A stretch of DNA of 63,959 nucleotides, filler included, from Bigelowiella natans CCMP2755 (Eukaryota > Protista > Cercozoa): NCBI GenBank assembly GCA_000320545.1. It is 13 parts of 13 records of this genome, joined end to end, with 100 filler letters (N's around TTAATTAATTAA, not from the genome) between each part and the next. Parts side by side here need not be neighbours in the genome. Positions count along the whole stretch, not along the records: positions 45,559 to 47,287 come from ADNK01002787.1; positions 47,388 to 48,949 come from ADNK01000599.1; positions 49,050 to 50,217 come from ADNK01003235.1; positions 50,318 to 59,772 come from ADNK01002871.1; 9 more parts are not named here. One strand, written 5' to 3'. Every line of letters begins with the position of its first letter. Within the stretch, counting starts at the first letter, position 1. The position numbers and the translations under genes are program-made. Positions 46,095 through 58,856 of the stretch are shown piece by piece. The notes beneath the pieces are model-generated. The model was not told the origin of the DNA. It was given only the letters and a program-made list of their open reading frames with translations, and searched no databases.

Positions 46095-47882
46095 GGCAAG
46101 CTAACCTGGCGGCGAGCGTCTGGGCCGTAGTCATAGAGCTGCTGAGCGTGGAACGAAGTGTGCAAATCAGAAATAAATGCGAAAAATAGCGTATGATGTG
46201 CGCAGCATGCAGCCTCTGAGCTGCATCGTGTTAATTAATATTGGCCTGACTCAGCTCGATTGTCTAATAGATGAATCTATTATATCCGCAGCACTGTTAT
46301 TATTTCAAACATTAGTGATGATGATGATCGATGCTAGTGTTCATCATAATAATAGATAAATAAGAGCAGTCATGCGCGCTATTACGCGGTGCCATGAACG
46401 CCCAGTGTCCAGGCGCGATCATGATGTAATTATCTTGTTGGCAATTGATGTGCATGTGCGTGTGTGTGTGTGTACCTTCTTTTTTTGCAGGAACACACCC
46501 ACATCATCAATTGCTCATTTGTTACTTGCATGCAAATCTCCCATTTTTGCCGACGTCCTCCTCACTGCGTTTTCAATTTTGTAGCGTCTCTATATTCTCC
46601 AAAAGACACATTTCATGACTGCAACTTATGCTTCTTGTCATTGGTCGCTGCACAGCAGCTGATAATACCACACTTACAATTTTAGCCGTCCTTGTACAAC
46701 AGCTAACAGTTGATGGCAAGGACGCATTACACAGAGCTCACTTGCATGCTAGATCGTGGCCAGAGTATGTACAAACACACATAGCATCTACTACACTGAT
46801 GCATGCTAAAACGCCTATATATTCGTTCATCGTGCGAACGCAACAAACACGACATCTGCTCCTAATATTGCTCCAGCGACAGTAACAATGATACAAGCGT
46901 AATTGATGTATGTGACAGCGCGGGAAATGTGACAGCTCGCAAACACACAAGCGCACACTAGGCACTTTGTCGTGCAGCGGATGCAACTATGCTATTCCAG
47001 TATGCGATGTGATGTTTAGATGCCAACTCACACTAGTTTGTTAAAGATTTAAAGTACATTGCTGCCATTGCTCTCGAAACGTTCCCACTCATTTCATGAC
47101 GCCATATGAAGAAAACCATATCTGCTAAGGGATGGTGATGATGGCGGATGTTTTGCCCCTCACCTCCACACTCACACAGCAGCTTTTGCTATGCTGCTGC
47201 TATTATTCCGGCTCATAGAGCGGGCGCGATCGTGGTACATCTTATCGTCTTCGGTGTATATCCCTTATGAAAGTACACACCAATAAANNNNNNNNNNNNN
47301 NNNNNNNNNNNNNNNNNNNNNNNNNNNNNNNTTAATTAATTAANNNNNNNNNNNNNNNNNNNNNNNNNNNNNNNNNNNNNNNNNNNNGGGGGGGGGGGGG
47401 GGTACAGATCCCTCCTCCGGGCCCGGGTTTGTGTAATAAGGATTTTTTTTTTCGAAATGAGATTGGTAGTAATTTTTTAATGATAGTCCGCAATCAAAAA
47501 CCCCTCCTAATTTCTAAGCCCATCAACCCCGAACCGGCACCAAGGCCCAACCATTATTTTTCTTGACACCCACCAGTTTTTCCCTTTTTTTTTGCCAAGT
47601 TGATGGGCAAAAACCCTTTAATTGGGGGGGGAACGCTTAATTAGGTCGGGAAATGCCCCCAGTTAACCCTTTATTTTAAAAAGAGAACAAAAAGAAGCAG
47701 ACGGATTGAGGGGGGGGGGGCGGGGGAGATGAGTGACGTAACAGATGACGACGAAGATAATGCTTCCCCCGTCCCCTCCCCCGCCCTTTATTCATTTATC
47801 CGGTCGCATATGTGTGTGCGTGTGTGGGCACGGACCACAGCAGAACGAGGGGCCCAATTCTCAAAAGCTGTGATTTGAATAC

Positions 47883-48042
47883 CCGCTCTTAACCTATACT
47901 CGGTCACATAGGACTCCGTCACCTAGCAGTAGCACCAGTAGCAGCAGCACAACGCAACATGCCCATCAGGAGGAACCAATGGGCGATGATGATGGCACGA
48001 TGGCGCCGCTACGGGGTGATGGAAGAAACTCCACCTTTCTAA

Positions 48043-48084
<42 letters not shown>

Positions 48085-48440
48085 AATCATTCTCCTTCAT
48101 CTTCATCCATCATCGCTGGGGACGAACCGAAGCAGGAGGCAGGTTGATCTCCGCGTCTGCCAGGCCCAGCTGCGCGGCGTGGTGGAAGGGCCTGAACGAC
48201 TGCTGGAAGTCGCCGCTATCTATGTTCCACACGTGCTCGGAAGAATAGGGCCGGGGAGGCATCATCATCGTTCGCGCCCTGCTCCTATAGAAACGGTGCT
48301 TGCCCCCCCCCCCCCTGCTGCTGTTCTTCTTCCTTTTGACGTCATCGTGCTGGAAGGAGCCGGGGGGGCTGCCGTAATAGCCCCAGGCATCTTTCACGTA
48401 CGACGGGGATAGGTCGCGGAATCTGCCCGACGACTTGGGA
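47883..48440 (-). CDS. internal exons of an unknown protein
   Basis: A GC-rich exon (YVKDAWGYYG...HVWNIDSGDFQQSFRPFHHAAQLG) followed by VTESYVTEYRLRAG, with plausible splice sites. Confidence 0.4.
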
Positions 48441-48557
48441 GAAGAAGAGGAGGAGAAGGAACGGGGGGGGGGGGGGGAGGGTGAAGATTGGGGGGGGGGG
48501 GGGGGGCGAGTATTGTGGGGGGGGGGGGGGTGTTTTACGGGGGGGGGGGGGGGGAAG

Positions 48558-48589
<32 letters not shown>

Positions 48590-50072
48590 TTATTGTTAAG
48601 AGGGGGGGTGGGGTTTTTTTACGGGCGCAAGCGCGTGCACATATGTTCAAACATAGTTTGCTTTTGCTACAAGATTGATGGTATTACAGCCGTGCATGTA
48701 GAAAATCGCACTGCTAAGTAAGGACGGAATTCTCGCATCAACTTTCCTGTCATATGTACGTACAATCACACATATTGTTACGTGAATTCAAACGGTCATT
48801 AAAAACCCCTGTCGCTGACAAGATGTGAACAACGCTCATAATCATGTGCTCATGTGCACTTGGACCCGTCTGCTACTTCACAACCAGCCTACCGTCGCAT
48901 GACGCCACTTGGTCAGTTTTCCCATGCTAGGCGGCCATTGGTTGTTTAANNNNNNNNNNNNNNNNNNNNNNNNNNNNNNNNNNNNNNNNNNNNTTAATTA
49001 ATTAANNNNNNNNNNNNNNNNNNNNNNNNNNNNNNNNNNNNNNNNNNNNACATCGTCATCAGACACAATCCTCTACCCTGTCTCCCCCCCCCCCTCCCTC
49101 TCCCATCTCTCGCAGACTCGGTTTCGGTGAAATTCGGGGACGGCATAGCCACCAGGATCTTCATCAAAGAGGACTCTACCGTCAGAGATGTGTGCTCTTC
49201 CGCCGTGAGATGGAGAGCATCCCGGTAAAGAAAAAAAATGGAAGAATGAGAAGAAGAATGGGAAGAATATGGTGATGTAGAAGATGATGGTGGGAATGGT
49301 GATGATGGTGATGATGGTGACAACGACATGAAACATCGACGAATTCCTTATCTCATTTATATTATTATTGCTATCATTGTTATTATCATCATCGCTTTTT
49401 TGCAGTTGTTGTTGATGTTGTGGTTATTGCCTTTTTTCCCCGTCGCTATCACAGAGGTCTCCCCGTGGCCCCAAAATACGACTTATACGTAAGAGCGCGC
49501 GCATTTGAAAAATAGTAACTATACTGCGAGTTATGCTAGCATACTAAATATTTCGATGATTAGAATGTTATGGGTGTGAGTGTGAGTGTGAGTGTGAGTG
49601 TGAGTGTGCGCACACGTATATCTAACACTCCTTCTCGAAACTGCCGTCCAGATCGATGGTGAGTTGTTGGAACAGCCATTGGAGAAGAAGCGACACAGTA
49701 AGACGGACCACTTTTTGTGATCATGATGATTGATGATATAGATGATGATGATGATGATGATGAATATGATGATGATAAAAATGATAACGGAATAACTTAG
49801 ATGTTTTTCCAGACAGAACAAGAAGCAAAATTGTGGGGGGGGGGGGAATCCTCATTGCAACAATGATGGTGTGAGCACATCCTGATCTGCTATGGTCCTT
49901 CTTTCTCTTCCTCTTCTTCTTCTTCCTCTTCTTCTACTTCTTCTCCTTGTTTTCCCCCTTCAATCAGTGTTGGACGTGATAACAGCCTACGCTGGGTTGG
50001 ATATGGACACACTGCCATCGTTCATGTAATAAATAGCACACACGCGGGGCGTGCAGAGTATAAGTGTTGGGT

Positions 50073-50111
<39 letters not shown>

Positions 50112-50454
50112 CGAAGGCAAATAATTGAGAGAATCACCGTAGATACTCGCATTTACGAATGATAGTCACAAAATATATCTATATCCCCGCTGTTTTCCCT
50201 TGAGAATGAGCTTCCTTNNNNNNNNNNNNNNNNNNNNNNNNNNNNNNNNNNNNNNNNNNNNTTAATTAATTAANNNNNNNNNNNNNNNNNNNNNNNNNNN
50301 NNNNNNNNNNNNNNNNNGGGGGATGGGATGGGGAAAGAACAGATATACACACATGAATTGACATGATTTCCTTTCTCAGGCGACAGAGAGAGAGTGAGTG
50401 AGAGAGAGAGCGAGAAAGAGAGAGAGAGAGGAGATCGCTCTTGCATTTGAGCAC

Positions 50455-52317
50455 CTTGGTGTGTAGTCTTTGATTGCTGGTAGGCTATTTCCATACCTGA
50501 GAGATAGATGCAAGTACGCAACCGTAACGACGACAGCAAACCATCATGATGAGATAAGCGTTTGCATTCAACGGAGATATAGAACATATGTGTGTTGTCT
50601 TGGGTATATTTTTCTGAACTTTCCCTCCCTCCCCCACACTTCCTCCCTCTCCCCTTTACACTGCTACCTGTTTTGGGGTTGTTCCAATAGCGGCAAGGCA
50701 CCGCCCCGTTGCGCATCAGCGAGCCATTCCCGGACGTTTTACGGTCGCCTAGAGATACACCCAGAGAGACATGGGGGGGAGGGGGGGGGGGATTGACTGC
50801 ATCAACAATTTTGCAATAAATACAAATTTTCAAGGACTTCTCGAAATGGTTTTTACCCCCCATAGATGTCCCCCCCAGCTACTCCTCCATCATACCATAG
50901 GGGACCCAAAACATCGATCGTAAAATTATACGAACAGAAAATGGCCGTGTCTTCGCTCTTCCGCGCACCTACCTGCTGTGGTAAACTTCGTCCTGCGAAC
51001 GACGAACTCTCGCATTGACGCTCCGATGTTACCGCCCAGCCCGACAGATCCTCTTCCCCACCTATTGTTTAGTTAAGGAAGGTTGCGAGTAACTCATTCG
51101 TCCCGTGTTCAATGGAAGGAAAACGCAAAGAAGAGGTAGTAGGCGAGTGGGGGGGGGGGGGAGAGAGAGTCTGGTTCTCAAAATAGGTATTTTCTCCCGA
51201 AAATCTCCCAACATAGTACACAGAGCTAACACAAAAACCACGCTGTATAAATTAGTACAAAAGACACTTGGTCTCTAATTAGCAGCACGCGTCATTAGCA
51301 AGCGCGTTATTGGTACTTTCTCGATTCATCGTATCCGAAGGCGTTGTTGTAGCCGCAGTTCCACCAGTTGAGGAAGCGAAGGCGCAGGTCCTCCGGCACG
51401 AGCTCCCCGTTGACCAGCAGCGAGTCGGCGATGCAAAGCCCCATTGCAGCGTCGTCTGAAGAAGACAATTGACGAAGTAAGAGGATAAGATGTCGAGGAG
51501 GAGGAGGATGAGGAGGGAAGTGGATACGATCTCAGCGCCTTTCCCCGCCTTTCCCCCCACCTACCCGTCCACTGTCCGGGTTTCAGCGAGAAACGGTTAT
51601 ATGATTTCTTGAACCAAACATCCTTCTGCCCCATCTCCTTGAGCTCTTGCGATCCATAGCGGACCGGGCTGAACTCGAGGGGGGCGCCAAGAGCGTCGCC
51701 CACAGCATTCCCCATTACGCAGGCAATTGCTCTGAGACAGTTGATTGGAGGGGGGGGGGGGGGGGGAGAAGGGAGTGCTTCGTGATCTACATCATCGATT
51801 TTCTATATCATATTAATGAGATTCATCGATAATCATCTCTGCATCATTAATCTATGTCATCATCATCATCATCACCACCACCATCATCATCATCATCATT
51901 TTCCATCAAACCTGCTCTCCGTTGTCGAAAGCTTCTTCGAGTCAAGCTTCTTCTTCAGCTCGAGGCCGTCGGGGTCATTTTTCTTCAATACTGAATACCT
52001 GCCAAAATGTTATTTCAGCCCCCCCCCCATTGTTGCTGGCCTTTCTTCCAGCTGTAGTAGGATGCAGGCGTGTGGTTGCAGAGTAGTACCGTATCAAGCT
52101 ATCTCGTCCAAACTTTCGTCTAACCTGCTGTTCTAGGCCTTGGGGAAATTTCATGATCTAACAAAGATCCAAGGTCAGCATTGCTTCTCAAACTTATAGA
52201 CGAAAAGAAATACGAACAACATCTCCGTATCTAAGCCTCCCGCGCTGCCCCCCTCACCGATTCCATGTCTGATTCGGAGACGGGCTCTCTGCTTGCTGTT
52301 CCTTGCTCGTTTCCCAT
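50455..52317 (-). CDS. ADP-ribosylglycohydrolase (ARH/DraG family), 3'-partial
   Basis: GNAVGDALGAPLEF, PGQWTD|DAAMGLCIADSL (metal-binding TDD), SGNGSLMR and QSKTTH. The N-terminus is MGNEQG. Confidence 0.9.
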
Positions 52318-52838
52318 GGAGTTTGTCCGTGTTTTCTGTCGCAAACGCGTGATTATGTTAGGAACCGATGAATAATAGAAGGTGCTGAGTGTCCCTTGTG
52401 CACTTAACGACCTCCCCCGCCCCCTCCGCAAACCCCTTTGTTACCCCTTCTTACCGGAATGGAGAATGCTTCGAAGAGGCGATTCGAACGTTCTCAGATT
52501 TCTCTGAAGAAGAGCAATAATTAGATGGACGACAAGATATTTTGCCTTGTCGCTCACTTCAATTTTCTTCAATTTCCTATTTCCCACTGATTTAGCCGAG
52601 CAGACTCATTTCGAATGACAGCGCAAAATTACGCGACGACTCATCTTTTATCTTTGACGCTCTTCCCTTTGTTCCAAGGATTTTATGCACTAAATACGCG
52701 TAGATTCTGTCCCTGCGACATGCATAAAATCCCATCCCAAGGAAAAATCAAAAAGAGGATACGACAGACCTCGGAACGCCCACCCTTGAAGACGTCGACG
52801 ATCAATTTCGTCGACGATCAATTTGGGGTTGCACAGAC

Positions 52839-53424
52839 ATGAAGAGCTCCCGGTTTGTGGCGGCGTGTGCTGCCACTATAGCCACAGCAGCGGCCATCAT
52901 ACTTCTCCGTTTCGTCGGGAACCGAAGGAGAATCGATGGAAGTAACTCTCCATTAGACTTGCAGCGCCGCTGATGATATCTGACACTTGCGATGTGGTTT
53001 CTAGGCGTGCGGAGAGCGATCAAAAGTGCTGGCACAAGCTCCGGTCGCAGAGGGGCTCATTGGCAGAAAGATGTTGTCATTGTGAAGCTAGGAGGCGCTG
53101 CGATTACTTGCAAGAACAAGTTCGAAACGGTGGCGAACGAGGCAACATCATGACTCCATGAAACTGCAGTGTTGTAAGTAGCATTTGGTGTGTCACCGTC
53201 AGGTGGACGAGAAGAGCATGCAAACCGCAATCGATTTGCTTGCAAGCCACCATAAGAGAGGAATCAAAATGGTTTGGTCTTCATTGGCAGCGCCATTCCA
53301 TGATCGCTGAGCAATGCAATCTCTTTGGAAAACATCAACAGGTCATCGTACACGGAGCTGGGTCGTTCGGACATTTCCACGTATGATACTCCTATCTTAT
53401 TAAAACATTATATATATATGTATA

Positions 53425-53462
<38 letters not shown>

Positions 53463-53913
53463 TCTATGTATATATTGATACTGGTTATTTTTGGTACGTA
53501 AGGCGAAAAAATACAAGATATCCGAGGGTGTCGCGGCGCACGCCGAATCTTTGCTTGGCGCCTCGCTCTGCCGTCGATCGGTAATAAGCTATCAACGCCG
53601 TATTCCACATTCCGATTTATCCTCAGAGAAGGCCTTTGTTGAGGACAGTAGTGAGAGCACATAAAGAGCAATACAGAGAGGCGATGATAGGATGAAACAA
53701 CGTTAAGAAAAATACAAGTGGGAGAATGCTGAGACGGCTGGGTCTATGTTTATTCTATGTGATGTTTCAGGTTAAACTGCTGAATCAGGAGCTATTAGCC
53801 AGACTGACAAGCGCCGGTGTCCCCGCAATGACTGTCTCGCCCTTTCCAAGTACTGCGTGACGTATCAAATAGGACCGCGCCTACGAAGGCCTGGCAGATA
53901 TGAGAAATATTTT

Positions 53914-54005
<92 letters not shown>

Positions 54006-55304
54006 GAAATTAAGTTAATTGTGATTCATTGGTCGATAATTTGACTTCTTTTCCTATAGCTACAGTAGGTTGCACCGGTGCGGGCGTCGGGGCATTCGTC
54101 ATTGAAGAGGAGGGAAGTCTTGCAGCCGTCGAGAAGATCCTCGCAGCTGGGTAAGATAGTTGCCTCTCTCTCCACGTGAATGCAATGGCGTTGTTCCACG
54201 TCCAATACTGCTGTTCTCCAGCCTCTTTCCGTAGTATAAGCGTGCAAGCTGCTTGTGATGATAGTGCAAGTAGATCTTACAGCCTTGCTATGGCTCCGCT
54301 CGCATTGCGTAGGCCTGCATGGCTAGCAAGACGCATTGAACGACTGTTTCTCGTGCTCGAACGCCTCCTCCCCTAGGTATGTTCCGTTGGTGCACGGCGA
54401 CGTGATTCTGGACTCCAAACTGGTATAGCCCCCCACTAATTTTGTAGCTGCTCCGCCGCGTATAAATGCGCCGCCTCACTTATCTTTTGGCCCTCCCCTA
54501 TTTGGAATCAAGGGACACACAATCCTGAGCGGCGACACGATAATCGAAGCCATGTGTGCTCGGCTACACCCGAGGCGTGCGGTGTTCATCACAGATGTGA
54601 GAGGGGTCTTTAGCCGCCCCCCCAGCGACCCGAAAGCGAAGCTCATACACGCCGTTCGGATTGAGAGGTGTCGTGCGATGTGTGAGTTATGGTGCTAAAA
54701 CACGAGAGGCTCTTAGAGACCTCGAGAAAGTTTGCAGCACGATACGTTTGCTATTTATATTTTAGCGGTGCGGTGTGTTGTGGGAACTGCACAGGCGCTT
54801 TCTGTGGTGTGTGGGTGGTTCTTGGCTACTGACTGTCCCCACTGGAGCACAGCAAAATCTTTATTTTCCATCTCCCTGAGTGCGAAAGCAGTTATCAGCT
54901 CATTTCATTGAAAGCAATCACAGCTCTGAAACATATGTGAACTCAGTCCTAATTCAATTACACGTCGTTCGTCCATCCCCGCCCTGACAACTGCATCTAA
55001 GCGCTAAATTTCGAATGACGACAGGGAAAGTGGCAGAATGTTCTTCCATCCTGATCTGGGGGAGGAGATCAAAACCGAAGCTGCGGAACATGACGTCACT
55101 GGAGGCATTCAAGCTAAGCTTGCATCAGCAGCACGCATTGTGAGAGCAGAAGGCACGACGATATTCATTGGAAACGTCAGTAGCAAAACAACATCTGATG
55201 CCATTGGGGGCACCGCGATTCCGGAAGAAGGTCTTTCAATCAAAGACAAACACTCCATCGACAACGAGTTGAGCGTGGGTGGCACTTGGTTGCTAGGGAA
55301 ATAG
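52839..55304 (+). CDS. isopentenyl phosphate kinase (amino-acid-kinase superfamily) with an N-terminal hydrophobic segment
   Basis: IVKLGGAAITCK, IVHGAGSFGHFHA (IPK signature His), VPLVHGDV, ILSGD, FITDVRGVF and DVTGGIQAK. Confidence 0.87.
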
Positions 55305-55680
55305 CAGCATGCTAGCATGGATCCGCTGGTGAAATCCGATGTGCAAGTGTTCTGGTGCTTCTCACTGTTCAGAAATTTCAGCACCGAATTCACAATGAGA
55401 TGTGCATCATTCTAGCGATCCAAGAAACGTTGCGTTTCTGTGTGCGTCATGCTGGCATGGCTCACTAGCGCGCCATCCTGGCATCGCTAGATCGCAGCAA
55501 CCCAGCAATGTCTTTGGTGCTTCTAGGCTTGCTAGCTTGTCGCATCGCTCAGCACCAGAGCACAGCTAGATCTCTGCTTTGCCACTCATGGACCTAGAGA
55601 CTCAGTTTGATCTTCGTCTGGTCATGCTAGTCATGCTAGCATTTTCTGGTGTTCTAGTCTAGCAGTGTTCACAGAGCCTG

Positions 55681-55725
55681 GCTAGCTCTAGAGCTCTAGA
55701 GCTCTAGAGCTCTAGAGTTCTAGAG
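55681..55725. repeat. self-complementary (GAGCTCTA)n tandem repeat
   Basis: GCTAGCTCTAGAGCTCTAGAGCTCTAGAGCTCTAGAGTTCTAGAG. The reverse complement of the unit is a rotation of the unit. Confidence 0.9.
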
Positions 55726-56039
55726 GTAGCTAGCTGGTGCGCTGACCGCTTCTTAAATGCGAGCCAATGCGTTCGATCGATGCCATCGCATGTGTGCCAC
55801 GCTAGCGCGCGAGCTTGCCAGTTTGACATGTTGATCCACGCTGTCGTTTGTGTGCCAATCTGGAATTGCGCTGCGCACCTAGCAAGCAGAGGTGGAGGCA
55901 GACATCTCATTCATCTACACACACTCTGACATTTTCAAAGAGGAGACTTAATTGCTTCACACTTCAGAAAGGAGACTCAAATAATTCACACGTTCATTGG
56001 ATCGCTGGCAAAACCGTTTTTCATGTTTCACACTGCTCA

Positions 56040-56501
56040 TTAGGATATCGCAGGAAGACCCACTGCAGGCAGGCTGCTGGGACGGTTGATTTTGATGGGG
56101 ATTTTGTTCGGATTGAAAGAGCCTGAGTGCTTTGCTATTTCAATGTGGTTTATGAACGTTGGGTCCGTTCCTGGGCATTTCCTTGCCAGCAGCTGGCAGC
56201 CTTCCGCCTCGAGAGGGCAGTCTTGGAACGAACACGAACAGCACTCCTCGCTCTCCGAGCAGGCAGGGCTTTCAAAGTCGCGGCACTTGTCCTTAATCCG
56301 AATGCACGTCTCCAAGACCTTCTCCTTGCAGAAGTTGTCATGTGGTGCTATGTGACAGTAGAACTGGGTCGCCTCCAGCTCGCAAGGGCTGGCGAAGCTG
56401 TATGTTGCCCCCGTTTGCGGGAGTTCCCCGCCGGGATGAAGGGAGAGCGCATCCACAACGGTGGCGAATAGGACGAGGGAGGCTAGCAGTAGTCCAGTCA
56501 T
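56040..56501 (-). CDS. small secreted Cys-rich protein, intronless
   Basis: 153-aa ORF with signal peptide MTGLLLASLVLFATVVDA and 12 Cys within about 70 residues. Confidence 0.75.
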   Translation of the reverse strand: MTGLLLASLVLFATVVDALSLHPGGELPQTGATYSFASPCELEATQFYCHIAPHDNFCKEKVLETCIRIKDKCRDFESPACSESEECCSCSFQDCPLEAEGCQLLARKCPGTDPTFINHIEIAKHSGSFNPNKIPIKINRPSSLPAVGLPAIS

Positions 56502-57130
56502 CTCTCTCCCCCTCTCTGCTCAAAGCGGTGCCTTCCTCGATTCTACGAGCGCAGGTACGATCGCTGTCGCGAAGCACAGCTTCCAATCGAACAGGAACCG
56601 AGGGCGTTTTTATCAAAATAAAGCTTCCTTTCATGTCGTAGATAATGTTCTCATGCCGTTCGCCGCCCGAAAACCTGTATTGGTAGTCGCGCCACAGCGC
56701 CTGCCACTTCGTTCAGGGTTAGGCTGGGGTTGTTTTGGAGATGATGAAAGAGTTTTATGTTCCGCGACAAGAAATTATGGGTTGTCGCATGGAATAAATG
56801 GATAGCCAATGGAATACTGAAGGCCTGGCTCCGTGGTAGCAGCAGAGCATGCTTGCGTGTGTGAAGTTTTGATGGGGGCGAGCGATCTCGCGTGCGAATG
56901 AAGGTTTTGGTGGGGCGAGCGATCTGACGGCTGACGGCCAATCGCAACAGCGACATTGCCAACTTCAACTCTTCCAAAGCGCAAAATTTTTCAAAAGTCG
57001 CGCCTGCGTGAGGACTACCACCGGAACAGAACAACAACGCGGCCAGAAAAGATTTGCAGCCTCTGCCTACCCCCCCCCCCAGTCCCTAACCCCCCATCAA
57101 CAAAGGATTCCCCCCCCCCCCCCCACTCAA

Positions 57131-57695
57131 ATGAACCTCCTTCTGCGAACATCGCAAATAGCTTTGAGAGGGGTCCTTCGAAGGCCGCCTGCTATGCTCG
57201 GGTACACGTCAAAGCAGCAAGCCTACAGCTGCCGTCCATTCTTCCCCAGTAGCGTGATCTCCTCTGTTAAGCCGCCATTTTCTTTCTCCAAAACGACTCG
57301 CTCCTTGTCCTCTGAGACCCTGGCGCAGATTGGGCGCGTGCACTCGCTTTACGACTTCACGACGGTTGATGGGCCAGGCATCAGATACATGATCTTCTTG
57401 CAGGGGTGTCTTCGGCGCTGTGCCTTCTGCTTCAACCCCGACAGCTGGGACATTAACGGCGGCACGCGCATGACGGCGGACGACATAATGAAAAATCTCA
57501 AGGATCATGTTGGGTGATTGCCGTTGATAGTTACCCCTCTCGCACATGCTTTGCTCCTCTTCCACCACAGAAAAGAGATATTGAGTATGAATCTACCATC
57601 CAATTGTAACGAGATGTAATCGGTACCCTAAATACTACTATCTTATGAGATGGATGTGTCTTTCATTCTCTTTTCATTCGACTGAAATACACACA

Positions 57696-57729
<34 letters not shown>

Positions 57730-58856
57730 GTATGAATATGACAAATATACCTTCTGCTGTGGGTCAATGGACAAGAAATCGTTCATGTGAATACCGAATA
57801 CTTCCCCAGAACATCCATTATTCCTTTGAAGGTACATGCGACCCAACAATGGGGGAGTGACGATATCCGGAGGGGATGCTCTGCTTCAACCGGACTTCGT
57901 TGCGGAGATTTTCAGGAGAGCTCATGAGGAGCTGGGCGTCACTACCTGTCTAGACACCTCGGGTTTAGGCCACGAATCAGGTATATTTCCGCTGCCAGCC
58001 ACTCCCCGTGCGAGAACTGCAATGTGAATGACAGCTGAAATGATGATAATGGGATTGATGACGCACATTGAACCGAATGTGCATTGATTTCGTAGAGGCT
58101 TTCGCCTACGGACTCAGAAATAACCGACTCTCTGTTCATTGCCTTCTCTTTGCTACCGCGAAAATAAAAAGGGTGGAATAAGGTGCTCCCGCACACAGAT
58201 CTGGTGCTGCTGTGCATCAAGTCCGCCAACCCACGCACCTTCTTCGACCTGACAGAAAGCACGAACGAGTCTATGATCAAGTTCGCTGGCCACGTAGCCA
58301 CGGCAAAGGCGAGAGACGTAGCTCCATAGCTCTAGCACAGTTTGAAGCAAGAACATAGTGTGCCGACCTAACCTTCCCCCCCCCTCCCCCCCTCTTCTTT
58401 TCCACCTCTGCAGATTCCTCTCCGCATCCGCCACGTCTTGATACCGGGGATTACGGACACAGAGCAGGAGACGAAGGCATTGGTCCGTTTTGCGCGAAAT
58501 CAGCCCACGCTGGAGATGATCGAGGTGCTGCCGTACCACACTCTTGGCGTCTCGAAATGGGAGGAAATGAATCTGAAGTAAGTTGCACGGGTGTGAGCGC
58601 AGTGGAAATAGCGCCTTGTCGCAATAGTAGTAGCTGTTGATACAATTTTGACAAATCCTACCATTTTCAAAGTTGGCTGCCTAATCTTGTTTGAAGTATG
58701 AACTTTGAAGGGTGCACGCAATGTTCCTTCTCTTCACGTGATTGATTTGCTTCTAGATATCGGCTCGCGGATGCAAGAACCCCAACTAGAGAGGAGAAAC
58801 TCAATTTTGTTAAGTCCCTTGAAGATGAAGGATTCAAGGTTCTATGTGAGGAGTAG
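57131..58856 (+). CDS. pflA: pyruvate formate-lyase activating enzyme (radical SAM) with a mitochondrial-type presequence, 5 exons
   Basis: GRVHS...TVDGPGIRYMIFLQGCLRRCAFCFNPDSW (CxxxCxxC), GGVTISGGDALLQ, TCLDTSG, TDLVLLCIKS, IRHVLIPGITD and EVLPYHTLGVSKW. The leader is R/S-rich and acid-free for about 60 aa. Confidence 0.93.

Noticed and set aside
47388-48620. long poly-G runs read as a Pro/Gly-rich protein or G-quadruplex array
   Set aside because: Homopolymer-rich, low-quality-looking sequence in a short contig; probably a sequencing artefact.
49050-50217. possible minus-strand exons (VVRLTVSLLLQWLFQQL; DALHLTAEEH)
   Set aside because: Frame and family could not be fixed from such short pieces.
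29682-52317. functional link between the altered eEF2 and the ADP-ribosylglycohydrolase
   Set aside because: They lie on different contigs and there is no evidence beyond thematic coincidence.
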